This document shows positions 53,171 through 64,000 of a stretch of DNA of 64,000 bases, piece by piece (positions within the stretch are counted from its first letter, which is position 1; each line of letters begins with the position of its first letter). The notes below the pieces were generated by a model, which worked only from the letters and a program-made list of their open reading frames with translations, had not been told where the DNA came from and ran no database searches. A program made the translations under genes and the position numbers. The DNA lies in contig NC_043004.1 in the NCBI RefSeq assembly GCF_006345805.1, positions 51,212,001 to 51,276,000 of the forward strand, given 5' to 3'. This DNA comes from Octopus sinensis (lineage: Eukaryota).

Positions 53171-54974
53171 TAGTTTTATTTTTATAGCGTGCTTTCACTT
53201 CACTACCGAGCGCAGCTCTGTGTGCCTTGGGTATGTGCTGTGATTTGTTGTGATGCTCTGATGGTTATTGTATGGAAAGTGTTCTGCGTAGGATGTGTGC
53301 AGTGCCTAGTAGTGCAATTTTCTGTATGTTATATGTGTTTGTAAGTCCTGGTGTTTTTGTTATGTATTTGTCTGAATATTTTTTTATCATGCCTAATGCA
53401 CCTACTATGATAGGAATTGTTTCTGTTTTCAGATTCCACATTCTAGTTACCTCTATTTCCAGGTCTTTGTATTTTGAGAGTTTCTCCATTTCTTTTAGAG
53501 ACACGTTGTCATCTGCCGGTATTGATACATCAATTAGAAAGCATTTTTTTTCTTCATGATCTCTGACAACTATATCTGGTCTGTTGGCCTTAATTTCTCT
53601 ATCTGTGTGTATCGGCATATCCCAGAGTATGGTTGCTTTCTCGTTTTCTGTGACCTTTTCTGGTGTGTGCCTATACCATCTTTTTTCTGTTGTTATTCCA
53701 TAATGTTGGCATAGCTTCCAATGTATGTAGGTTCCAACTCTGTCATGTCTGTGAATATATTCCTTCTTAGCCAGGACTGGGCAGCTAGAGATAATATGAT
53801 TTATTGTTTCTTGTCCATCTCCACATATTCTGCAGTTACTTGTAATATTTCTTTTCATTACATGTTTTTGGTAATTTCTGGTGGGGAGGCTTTAGTCTTG
53901 TGCTGCAATTAGAAATCCCTCTGTTTCTGCTTTGAGTCCTGAGCTTCTCAACCATTGCTGGGATTTTTCTTTGTCTATTTCTTTTGCGTTTAGTTTAGTC
54001 CAGTATTTACCATGAAGGGGCTTTTCTTGCCATCGTTTTATCATGGTTCGTTGCTGTTCTATTTTTAGTTTGGATTTCATTTGTTTTATAGCTTTTGTTG
54101 TTTCTTCATCATCTTCTTCTTCTTCTTCTTCATGTTTATTAGGTGGTATGATTTCTTGTTTGTATTTGTCAGCTTCCTTAAATACTGAGAACAGTTTTTT
54201 GTTTTGCTCGTGTTTTGCTGCTATCTGGATCAGTTTTCCTTCCTTCTGAAGTAGATATTTTTGCAGTCCTATGGTGGTTATTTTATAGTGGTTTTCCAGC
54301 TGTATAAGGCCTCTACCACCTTCTATACGTTGTATATATAGTCTTTCTATGTCAGATTTTGGGTGATGCATCCTAGATCCTGTCATTATTTTTATTGTTT
54401 TCCTATCTATTTTGGACAGTTCATTTCGTGTCCAGTTAAGGATATTGTAGCTGTAACTTATAACTGGGACAGCTAAAGTGTTGATACCTATTATCTTGTT
54501 TTTAGCATTGAGCTCTGTTTTTAGTATTGATCTAACTCGTCTATAATATTCTTTTTTTATTTTCTCTTTCATTTGTGTGTGTTGTGTCTTATCTAGTTCA
54601 TGGATTCCTAAGTATTTGTAAGTTTGGCTTTGGTCTAATTCTTTTATTTCATTGGTTTTATCTAGTGTTACTCTTAACTAGTTTTCCTCTTTTCATGGTT
54701 ACTTTGGCGCATTTTTCTAATCCAAATTTCATATCTATTTCTTTGGTAAATCCATGAACTGTCTTTAATAGTGTTTCCAGCTGTTTGTCATTTGCAGCGT
54801 ATAGTTTTAGGTCATCCATATATAAAAGGTGGCTGATCGTTTTGCCGTAACATTTATATCCGCATCCAGTTCTATTTAGCATATCAGATAGAGGTGACAG
54901 TGCCAAGCAGAAAAGGAGTGGAGAGAGCGTGTATCCCTGGAATATTCCTCTTCTAATGGGGATGTCTTTGGTTT

Positions 54975-54975
<1 letters not shown>
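53168..54975 (-). mobile_element. RLE (R4/Dong-like) LINE, 5'-truncated, young
   Basis: RGIFQG..LSPLLF, YMDDLKLY, CRICGDGQETINHIISSC, RHD, RPD; (TAA)n-type tracts at both ends. Confidence 0.92.
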
Positions 54976-55032
<57 letters not shown>

Positions 55033-55321
55033 TATTGTTGTTGTTGTTGTTGTTATCATTATTATTGTTGTTGTTGTTATTTTTATATATCTTAATACAT
55101 TCGTTGAGTGTAATTTGAGCCTTAAAATGCTTGACAAATAGCCAGTATTTAGCACTCAACGTGTGCTCCATTTTGAGTTCCATAATTTTATCCTTTGCTA
55201 TAAAATCCGGGTTAACGTGTTCCACAAAGTCGATGTAGAAAATAAAATGAAACTAGAGGGAGTGTTTATAAGGTATTTAATTACACCCTCTTAAGTACGT
55301 TTTATTAACATAAGGTGATAA

Positions 55322-57576
55322 CACTGGTCAACAAAATTAAATCTATTTTACTCATCATGAATGCAAACGTTTTTAGACTAATTTTTCATGCTGAATTAAA
55401 AATTTCACTCCATTTGTATGCAACACGTATCAGTTTGTCAGTAGATACGTGTAAATATTTGCATATTTGTATATATGAAATCATTAACGTAATAAATAAG
55501 CACTTATTATTTTTAGAAAGTAAATGAGTTTATTGCGATAAAAAAAGTCATTACTATCATTTTAGAAAGAGTGAATACACAAAAACTGGGTCAAACAAAA
55601 CAGACAAAGTTAGAACAATAGAGTTAGAAACATTGTGATTTGGATTTCCTGCGGTGTTCCTGATCTGGCTCTTCACGGTAAAGTCTCCAGCAGTAGTCAG
55701 CCGGCATACTGTCATTCCAGAAGCCTTGGAACCGTTTCTCCATAGCACTAATGTCCTACCGAAATCTTTCATCATGCTCATTAGACACTGCTCCAAGGTT
55801 ATCTGCGAAGAAATCCAGATGGGAGTCCAAGAAGTGAACTTTCAGTGACATGCGACAACCTATTGCTGAGTAACATTTCAGAAGATTCTTGATGCCATAC
55901 TTGTAGGTTCTTGATACCTCCTTGTGGCCCAAGAAATTCTCTCTAATTGAAAACATTCCAGGCAAGTAGTTTCAGTTCATTTAGTGTTGCCTTGAAGTTG
56001 ACATCTTTGAGCACCTCTCTAATTCGGGGTCCGACAAAGACACCCTCTTTCAACGTCGCCTGTGAGATTTTGGGAAACTTTTCTATAATATTCTCAATCC
56101 CTCTGGCATTTTTCTAGTGTCTTTACAAGCTGTTTCATCAATTCAAGCTTTATGTGCAAAGAAGGCAATATGACATTATATGGATCTACAAGAGGTGTAT
56201 TCTTGACGCTAGACAGTCCTGGCTGGTATGGTGTTCTTGTCTGTCAGTTTGATTCCGAATAATGTCTGTCAGTTGCCTGACTATCCCATAGACACAAGAA
56301 ACAACAGTATTTTGTGAAACCTGACTGCATTCCCAAAGACTTAAATTGCCACCTATTTTCCATGAGGCAATGACATGAAGTAAAATCTCCATATTCTCAT
56401 ATGATTCATGAAGATAAACGGAGTGTGCAAGAGGAATGGAGGGCTTCAAGTTGACATTATGGAGAAATGCTGCTTTTAAACTTTGTTTTGAAGAGTCAAT
56501 AAACAAACGCCACTCTGCAGGATCATGATTTTGCGATAAACATTTGAAAAGTCCATCGGTGTTACTGCAAAAGTAAAGCAGGCCAGAAAAACACGTTTGC
56601 CGAAAATAAGTTATACGAACACCGTGTTCTAGAAGATACTTCTCCTTCAACCTTGATGCCAACAGTTCTGTTTTATCTTTTGAGAGGAATAAGTCTCTGA
56701 CAAGGTTATTCTGTTCAGCTTAGGAAAATTTCCGAGGTTCAAAGCTATCGTCATCAGTCGTGTAATCTTCCCCGGCAGTACTATCATGACAGTCAGCATC
56801 ATCATCTGATGTTTCACTACCATCATTTGATGGAACTGGAATTGGCAGACTTCCATTGTGAGGCACAAGTCTCATTGCAGAATCCAAATTGCGATACACA
56901 ATTTTGTGTTTATTCTTCACAGAAAATCCCGTGACATTTACTTTGCAAAAGTAACAGTCATTAAAATGGTCTTTCGGCTTCCTCCATATCACTGGAATGA
57001 CAAAAGGCATGGACTTCATATTGAACCAGTCACGTAAGCCATTTGAACAAGCTGAGCAGATAAAATGTGGTGCCCATAACTTGTCCTGATCTCCAAGAGG
57101 ACAGTCAAAGTATAGCTTATAAATCTTCTTGATCTCTGGTGTTATTGTACGTTTTTGAGCTTTCACAGTAAATTGTCCACAGACATAACAAAACACGTCT
57201 GGGCGTAAGGAAATAGATACAAACGGTTATACTTATATTGAATTTGAGATGATGAACTATTTCATCAGACCAATTATGACTGGACAATTTGAGATGTTGA
57301 AATACCTATTTCCTCAGACAAAACCTGACAGATGATGAAATATTGCACCTGAACTATGCAGCAATGAATAATACAGTTTATTTTAAAGGTATGTTTTCCA
57401 CGATGTAAATGAAATACATACATACACGTCATTAATTGGAGTTTCTATATAAAACCCCAAAACTTTTTCATCTTGAAAACTGTACGTAATGTCAAAAAAC
57501 TAATTGAAATCAGCATTAAAAATTACACTAAGCACACCTTGACATATGCTTGATGAAAAATACTTGTTGACCAGTG
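55322..57576 (-). mobile_element. Chapaev3-type (CMC superfamily) DNA transposon, full length, transposase disrupted
   Basis: TAA|CACTGGTCAACAA...TTGTTGACCAGTG|TAA; FCYVCG..DQDKLWAPH.IC..C, WRLFIDSS, HIKLELMKQ, MSLKVHFLDSHL. Confidence 0.85.
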
Positions 57577-58115
57577 TAATCGGTTACATAATGCAAATCA
57601 ACTCTTACTGTCAAATTGCCAGTCAGGTGTAATTATAATTATTAAACGTAAAACTGTTGGGGTGAAAAGGTGACAGTAGTCACCATCGTGGAGGTGGCTT
57701 GTGACTGTACTTATCTCCAACGGATAGGGCGTTATATAGACAACATCAGAGATAAAAAAAAAATTATCGTAAGATAGAGTTGGGTGTTATTTAGATCGTC
57801 TAAGAAATACATATGGTCATTTTCTAACAGTTTATTGTTTCTTTCTCTGCTGTTGGTTTCGTTTGATGTTAAGGTTAGTTAGAATACCATAAAATTTGGT
57901 GAGAGGTACGTGCTGTTCGTTCAACAGTGTATTATAGATTTATTCATCTCAGCAGATATGAAAGCACACTCATAATATACGTAAATACATACAAATATAT
58001 GTACACATCTAGACACACAAATACATATATGAAAGACAAGAAGTCGGGTTTAAAGTTCACAACAGCTGTTTCGGCAGCATTTTATTGGCGTATGTCTATA
58101 GACAGACAGACAGAC

Positions 58116-58219
<104 letters not shown>

Positions 58220-58396
58220 TCAGCAGAATCTTGTAACTGCCCTACATACGTACATGCATACATACATATGCCAAACGCAAAATGGAGACGGGTTACCATC
58301 ATTCCTTAAGTGGAACACTTGGAAATTGTTATGTATGAAACCTGATGTAGTGGCTATTTATTTTCATTGTTCGTCACTAACATGCGTATGTATATA

Positions 58397-58486
<90 letters not shown>

Positions 58487-58550
58487 AAAGGTCCGACTTA
58501 TACAGAAAACAAATTATTTAGAAAAGGGGTGGCGGAAAAGTATTACAAAT

Positions 58551-58612
58551 CTAACAGCTGTTTCTGGGGACTTGGTGGTCCATAATAACGTTCGCTGATT
58601 GATTCCATCAGA
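58551..58612 (-). ncRNA. HHR-like remnant
   Basis: ctCTGATGG...ccaGAAACAGCTGTTag; stems poorly preserved; next to (TA)n. Confidence 0.3.
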
Positions 58613-59288
58613 GGATGAGACGAGCTGCCGTCTTCATGGAAAAGATCTTACATTTTGCAGATGTGGAAAAGAAAAAAAAACGACGGAGGTGTTAAAAGTC
58701 ATCGCTTCGCAAGAGTTCTAAGACTGCTTTGAACAGTAGAAAAGGCGCCTGGATGGACGCATTGCTTCAAATGGAGAATACTCCGAAGGCGATAAATGTG
58801 CTATTATTACAGTCTTTTATACAGTATATTCTATTTAAACCTCTGTCTGACGTATGTTTCTGCATTATGGGATATCTTATTATGTGGTTTTTATTTGCAT
58901 CGTGTTGGTTTATCTGCATCTAGATTTCAACCTGGTTTAAAATGTAAAACGGATCCGTACAGCTTTATTCAAGTTGTTGCCAATGTTACAGTTTGAAGCA
59001 AACTGGAGTAGAATGGTTTAGACAGTCCTATATTTTTGGTAAGGGACAATAAGTGCTGAGTGCAAAGAATAATAGAGGAAGCAGTGTGAAATAGGATATG
59101 GCTATAAAGTTCTTTATCAAATCGACACTAGGATGACCCTAAGGTTTAGTTGTAGAATCCTGAATGCCAGATATAAAACCAGCCTTAAGCGAAATAGATA
59201 GGAATACTTTCAGTGGGAGATGTAAACCTTAAAGGTCGCTAAGTGAAACCGAATTTGAAAATATAAGATAAACGTGATTTACTTGTTA

Positions 59289-60196
59289 GGCCGGTGGGAT
59301 CTTTTCAATTCTGAAGCCAGGACCACAGATCTTTCTACTTAACTAAATAATCTGAAACTTCGTATGCTGATAGAGTCTAGCAAAAGAAGACACAGGTTGG
59401 AACTAGTTTATTTGAGAAAAATCTATTTTATGACTTTAATCGTAGATTAAAACCGCGAATTTTAACCAATCAGATTGTTTGTTTTCATGTGTAAAACTTG
59501 ACTGCATTCTATTAGTGTGACGTAGAAAGCGCTTTTGTGACGTACTAACGTTCGTTTGAAAACTGTAAACAAACACAGAACGTAACGGCAGACGAAATAC
59601 GGCTACGCATTTCGCCCGGCGTGCTAACGTTTCTGCCAGCTCTTTGCTTTTTTAATATTAAATTTCTTGCCTTTTGCACAAATAAATACAATAAGTGAAA
59701 TGAAACGCATTAGCTTAGAAACGAAATCTTGTTAGAAGCCTCGTCACTGAGATGCCACTTCTTAATAGCAAACGAAAGCAAGTACTAACAGAATGGAAAC
59801 ATTTTCAATTTAATACATGTGGCTTATTAACTAGTTTTAAATATTGTTATTAGAAGGTGGCTGACTATAGGATCCTGGAAACATGAGTACGTTAAATAAT
59901 TAGAAGGAGATTTCACGGAGACATGCGGTCTGTTTACATTTAAGATGTTTAATACGTCACCAAATTGGTGGTCGAGACGGAGTAAATAAAATAAAGCCGA
60001 ATGACGGAATATCATTGGTTAAAATTCTAATTATTAAACAACGTTAAACTTAGAAGTTACAATTCCGTTTTCATTCTGGTTTACAATTAAGTTTACTTTT
60101 GACACATTCTACCAGTATACGAAGTTTCAAATTGTTTGGTTCAGTAGGAAAAATTTGAAAAAACTGGCTTCAGAATTGAAAAGATCCGGCCGGTGT
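59289..60196. mobile_element. Long-TIR non-autonomous DNA element (Tc1/mariner-like MITE)
   Basis: ggatcttttcaattctgaagccag and its reverse complement near the ends; inner inverted matches (gaaacttcgtat, aattttaaccaat); TA flanks. Confidence 0.65.
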
Positions 60197-60204
60197 ATTG
60201 TTCA

Positions 60205-60436
60205 TGTTATGTGTAGTTTCGTTCTCGGTGGATGATAGACAACTCAAATGAAGGCATTGTTATTGTTTTACGTGTTTATTTACTTTACTTGTTACACGAA
60301 CTGTCAACATTCAGCGTAGTGATACATATATACTTTAGACACAGTTCGTACTGTTAACTAGCAAAATAGTGCTAAAAGTGGGGATGTATTCTACACACGC
60401 ATACCTACGTATACACATAGATATGAATGTGTAACA
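60205..60436 (-). mobile_element. 3' LTR of the Gypsy element
   Basis: Minus strand PPT AAGAAGAAGGGA then TGTTA...TAACA; internal AATAAA. Confidence 0.75.
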
Positions 60437-60659
60437 TCCCTTCTTCTTGAAAAAAATAAAGGGGTCTTTTGGCAGTGAAGACAAATACAAGTAGTCTCCC
60501 TTACTCTAATGGATTGTCAGCGCGAGGTGGCAATCCTGCAGCAGAAACCGTGAGATTATTCTGCCTCTGCTTTGTAATCTAGTAGAATTAGTTATTTATC
60601 TTTTCATTTTCTTTTTTTTTTCTTTAACGGTATCGAACCGGTGGCAGAATGTTCGATCT

Positions 60660-63600
60660 TCATCTGGTGGATCTTGTGCTTCGCACCGGTGTCTGAGGTG
60701 TGTTGTTGGGCTGCTGATGGATGGTTTGTGCCCGTTGGAGTGATGATTCTGTGGGTGTTGTCACTGATGCAGCAGGTGTTGTACACGTTGTCCTCGACAG
60801 CTTTGGTGTTGGGCGGATGTGGGCCCAGTTGCGTCTCAGCTGCCTACCAGATTCCGTTTCTATTATATACGATCTTGGATTTTCAGCTCTACTGACATCC
60901 TGTGCTGGGATCCATGTTTTAGTTATGGGATCTTGAGTATGCACATGTTGTCCTCCAAGTATCTCAGGTAAGTATTGTGCATGTTTGTTGTAATATTTCT
61001 GTGATTGTTCTTGAGTGGCTGCTAGCTTTGTACTTGTCTCTTCCTGGTCAATAGGAGGTTGGATCTTAGTTGGCAGGGTAGTTTTGTACTTCCTGCCATT
61101 CAGCAATTCTGCTGGGGATTTCATGTCAGCTCTCAGTGGTGTCACTCGTAGGGACAGAAGTGCCAGGTGTGGGTCTTCCTTAGTCTCTCGGCATTTGACT
61201 AGTGTTCTCTTCACTGTCTGCACCTGTCTTTCTATAAACCCATGACCTTTGGGGTAGTGTGGAGATGAGGTTGTAATATTGAACCCATACTCATCGGCTA
61301 GCTTTTTGAATTCTTGCGATGGGAACTGGGTTCCATTGTCACATATGATCTGCTCTGGTATTCCTTGCTCTGCTGGAAGTCCTCGAGCCACTGTAGTGAT
61401 TGTTTTGGCTCTCAGGTCTTTCACTTTTCTCACAAATGGAAATTTGGAGTAGTAGCAGGCCATTATCAAATACCATTCATGGCTCTCTGTGAACAGATCT
61501 ACTCCAATAGTTTGCCATGGCCTTCTTGGGATGTCACTAGATATCATTTCCTCCTTTTGTTGTGAGTTTCTGTACTTTTGACAAATGTGGCATGTAGAAA
61601 CTGTCTTTTCTATGTCTTTGTACATGCCCACCCAATATACTGCTGACTTGGCTCGGAGCTTGCATTTCTCCATTCCTAGATGCCCTTGGTGGATCTTGTC
61701 AAGAATCTCTTTTTACATTGTCTTGGGTATAATTATTCGGGATCCAGCCATCAGGATTCCATTCTCCACTGATATATCATCATGGATGGCCCAATATCCA
61801 CGAATGAAGGGCTGCACCTGATGTCTCTTTTCTGGCCACCCCTGAATCACCATCTGAGTAAGGAGCTGGAGTTCTTCATCTTTGCTGGTCTCCTCTTTGA
61901 TTTCTGCTAGCTTTGTGGTTGTTACATTTACAATGTGGTGGACCTTTATGCTTAGTCCTTCCATCTCCTGTTTATCATGTGAGGATAGTCTGGAAAGAGC
62001 ATCCGCCAATATCAGGTCTTTTCCTGGCTTGTACCTGATATTGTAGTCGTATGTTTGAAGCCTTAACAGTAATCTTTTCAGTCTGGCTGGTGCTTTCGTG
62101 AGGTTTTTTCTATGTATTTGTTCTAGCGGGCGATGGTCTGTTTCAATTTTGAAATGTCTGCCATACAGGTATGTATGGAACTTTTCACATCCATATACTA
62201 CTGCCAGGAGTTCCCTTTCAATATTTGCGTACTTTGTCTCTGTGAGCGAGAGAGCTTTCGAGGCATATGCAATGGGTTTACCTTCCTGTATCAGTGCTGC
62301 GCCAACTCCTCTCATAGAAGCATCGACTTGGAGTGTATTACTGGTTTGCGTTTGTCATAGTATTGCAGAGTTGTCTCCTTACTGATGAGCTTTTTGATTG
62401 CTTTGAAATCCTGTGTGTGTGAAGCACACCAATCAAACTCTACGTCATCTTTGTTTAGTTCTCGGAGATTTGCAGTGTGATCGGTCAGCTTGGGTATGAA
62501 GGCTCCCATGTAGTGGATGAGTCCCAGGAAGCTCCTGAGTTCCTTCTTGTCTTTGGGTTCTTTGATGTCTCTGATGGCTTCCACTTTAGCGGGGTCTGGT
62601 TTAACTCCCTCTGCAGAGTATATAATTCCAAAGAATTTGCACTCCTTTGCTTTTATCACACACTTGTCTGCATTGAGTTTGATGCCTGCTTGTCGGGTTT
62701 TCTCCATAGCTTCATGTAAATTGAAGTCATGTGTGGTCTCATCCTTGCCATGCACTTGGATGTCATCTGCTATCCCAATTGCTCCCTTGCAGCCTTGGTA
62801 GGTCTCATCTATTTGGCCCTGGAAAACATCTTGGCTCACCTTCAATCCAAATGGGAGTCAGTTGAATCGATATCTGCCAAATGGTGTGTTGAAGGTAGTG
62901 AGCATGGATGACTCTTTGTCTATCTTTACATTCCAGTACCCATTACTGGCATCCAGTTTGCTGAATAATTTGGATCCAGCCAATGATGGTGTGATTTCTT
63001 CAAGGGTTGGAATTGGATGGTACTCTCTTTTTAATGCCTTGTTCAGGTCCCTTGGGTCGAGGCATATCCGTAGGGTACCATTGGGTTTTTCCTTGATTAC
63101 AATTGAATTCACCCAGTCTGTTGGTCGTGTCACTTTGGTGATTATTTCTATTTTTTCCATTCTGTCCAACTCTACCTTCAGCTTCTCTTTTAGTTCTAGA
63201 GGGACGCGGCGAGGTGGGTGAACAATTGGTTTGATATTGGGGTCGACTGTTATATGATATCGACATTTCACAAAGCACCCGACTGTATCGTCAAAGCATT
63301 CAGGGTACATGCTTATCAGTTCTTCTTTGTTTGGGATTGGTGGTCCATCCTGCTCGGAGCTGCCTTCACTTCACCATTGATTGACACAATATTTAGCTTT
63401 TTGCAGGTATTGAGTCCAAGAAATGCTGGTCCTTCTGTTCTTGTGACATAAAAAGAACACTTGATTGTTTTTCCTTTGTGTGTCCCTGTGATTGTTGTTT
63501 TGCCCAGTTGTGGAATCCTGGTACCTCCGTACGCAGTGAGGATTACATCACTTGGTGTGAGGATTCCTTCTTTGACTTTATCCTTTAGTGTCATGTGTTC

Positions 63601-63990
63601 TGGGAACATCTTTTTGTAGAGGTTGACAGGCAATATATCACTCTGGGCTCTAGTGTCAATCTTTAGCCTTAAGTCAATGTTTATTTGTTTCTTGCCAGAC
63701 TTCTTTTGTATTCGTATCGTTGTGTATGCCTCATTTTTTTTCTGGTCGTCATTTCCCATCTCATGCACATTTATTGTGCCGACTGCCAAGAATTCCTCCT
63801 CTGAGGTGTTTTGTTCTTGTTGTTGGGCATGTATATCTCTTTGTTCTCTATTTCCACTCCTCTTTGAAAATTGGGGCTTGTTTTTCTGGGATTTTGTTAG
63901 CCTACACATTTTCCCCCCAGTGGTTGGGTTTTCCACATGCTTTGCAGTGTGTGCCGAATGCAGGACATTTCTTCCGGTTATTGAACTCAT
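60660..63990 (-). pseudogene. Gypsy (Mag/K02A2.6-like) gag-pol: PR-RT-RNaseH-INT, disrupted; runs off the window
   Basis: KIDTRAQ (mutated DTG), LDASNGYW, IADDI, ERELLAVVYG, DNGTQF; at least 2 frameshifts and 2 stops between ORF pieces. Confidence 0.92.
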
Positions 63991-64000
63991 GCCCCGTACC

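Overview
AT-rich eukaryotic DNA, probably octopus/cephalopod (inferred from the SINE families and very dense TA/GATA/TAA microsatellites). The window is almost entirely repeats. It holds a near-full-length decayed Tx1/L1 LINE plus an older relic, about 7 RLE (R4/Dong-like) LINE fragments at (TAA)n tracts, an RTE fragment, the 3' part of a Gypsy element with its LTR, and a full-length Chapaev3-type transposon. There is also a rearranged mariner, hAT/piggyBac/Tc1-like MITEs, a Helitron, a Penelope RT relic and at least five SINE-like families. The only host-gene candidate is a minus-strand first coding exon at 38098-38357. The most notable unexplained signal is about a dozen hammerhead-ribozyme (HHR)-like motifs from several repeat families. 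They include a tRNA-headed SINE carrying an HHR, a family with a ~92-nt structured stem II insertion, and a variant with the catalytic C3-G8 pair swapped. Several fold-back inverted repeats also occur. All calls are by eye; no database search or folding program was run, and repeat boundaries are approximate unless a TIR or TSD is quoted.
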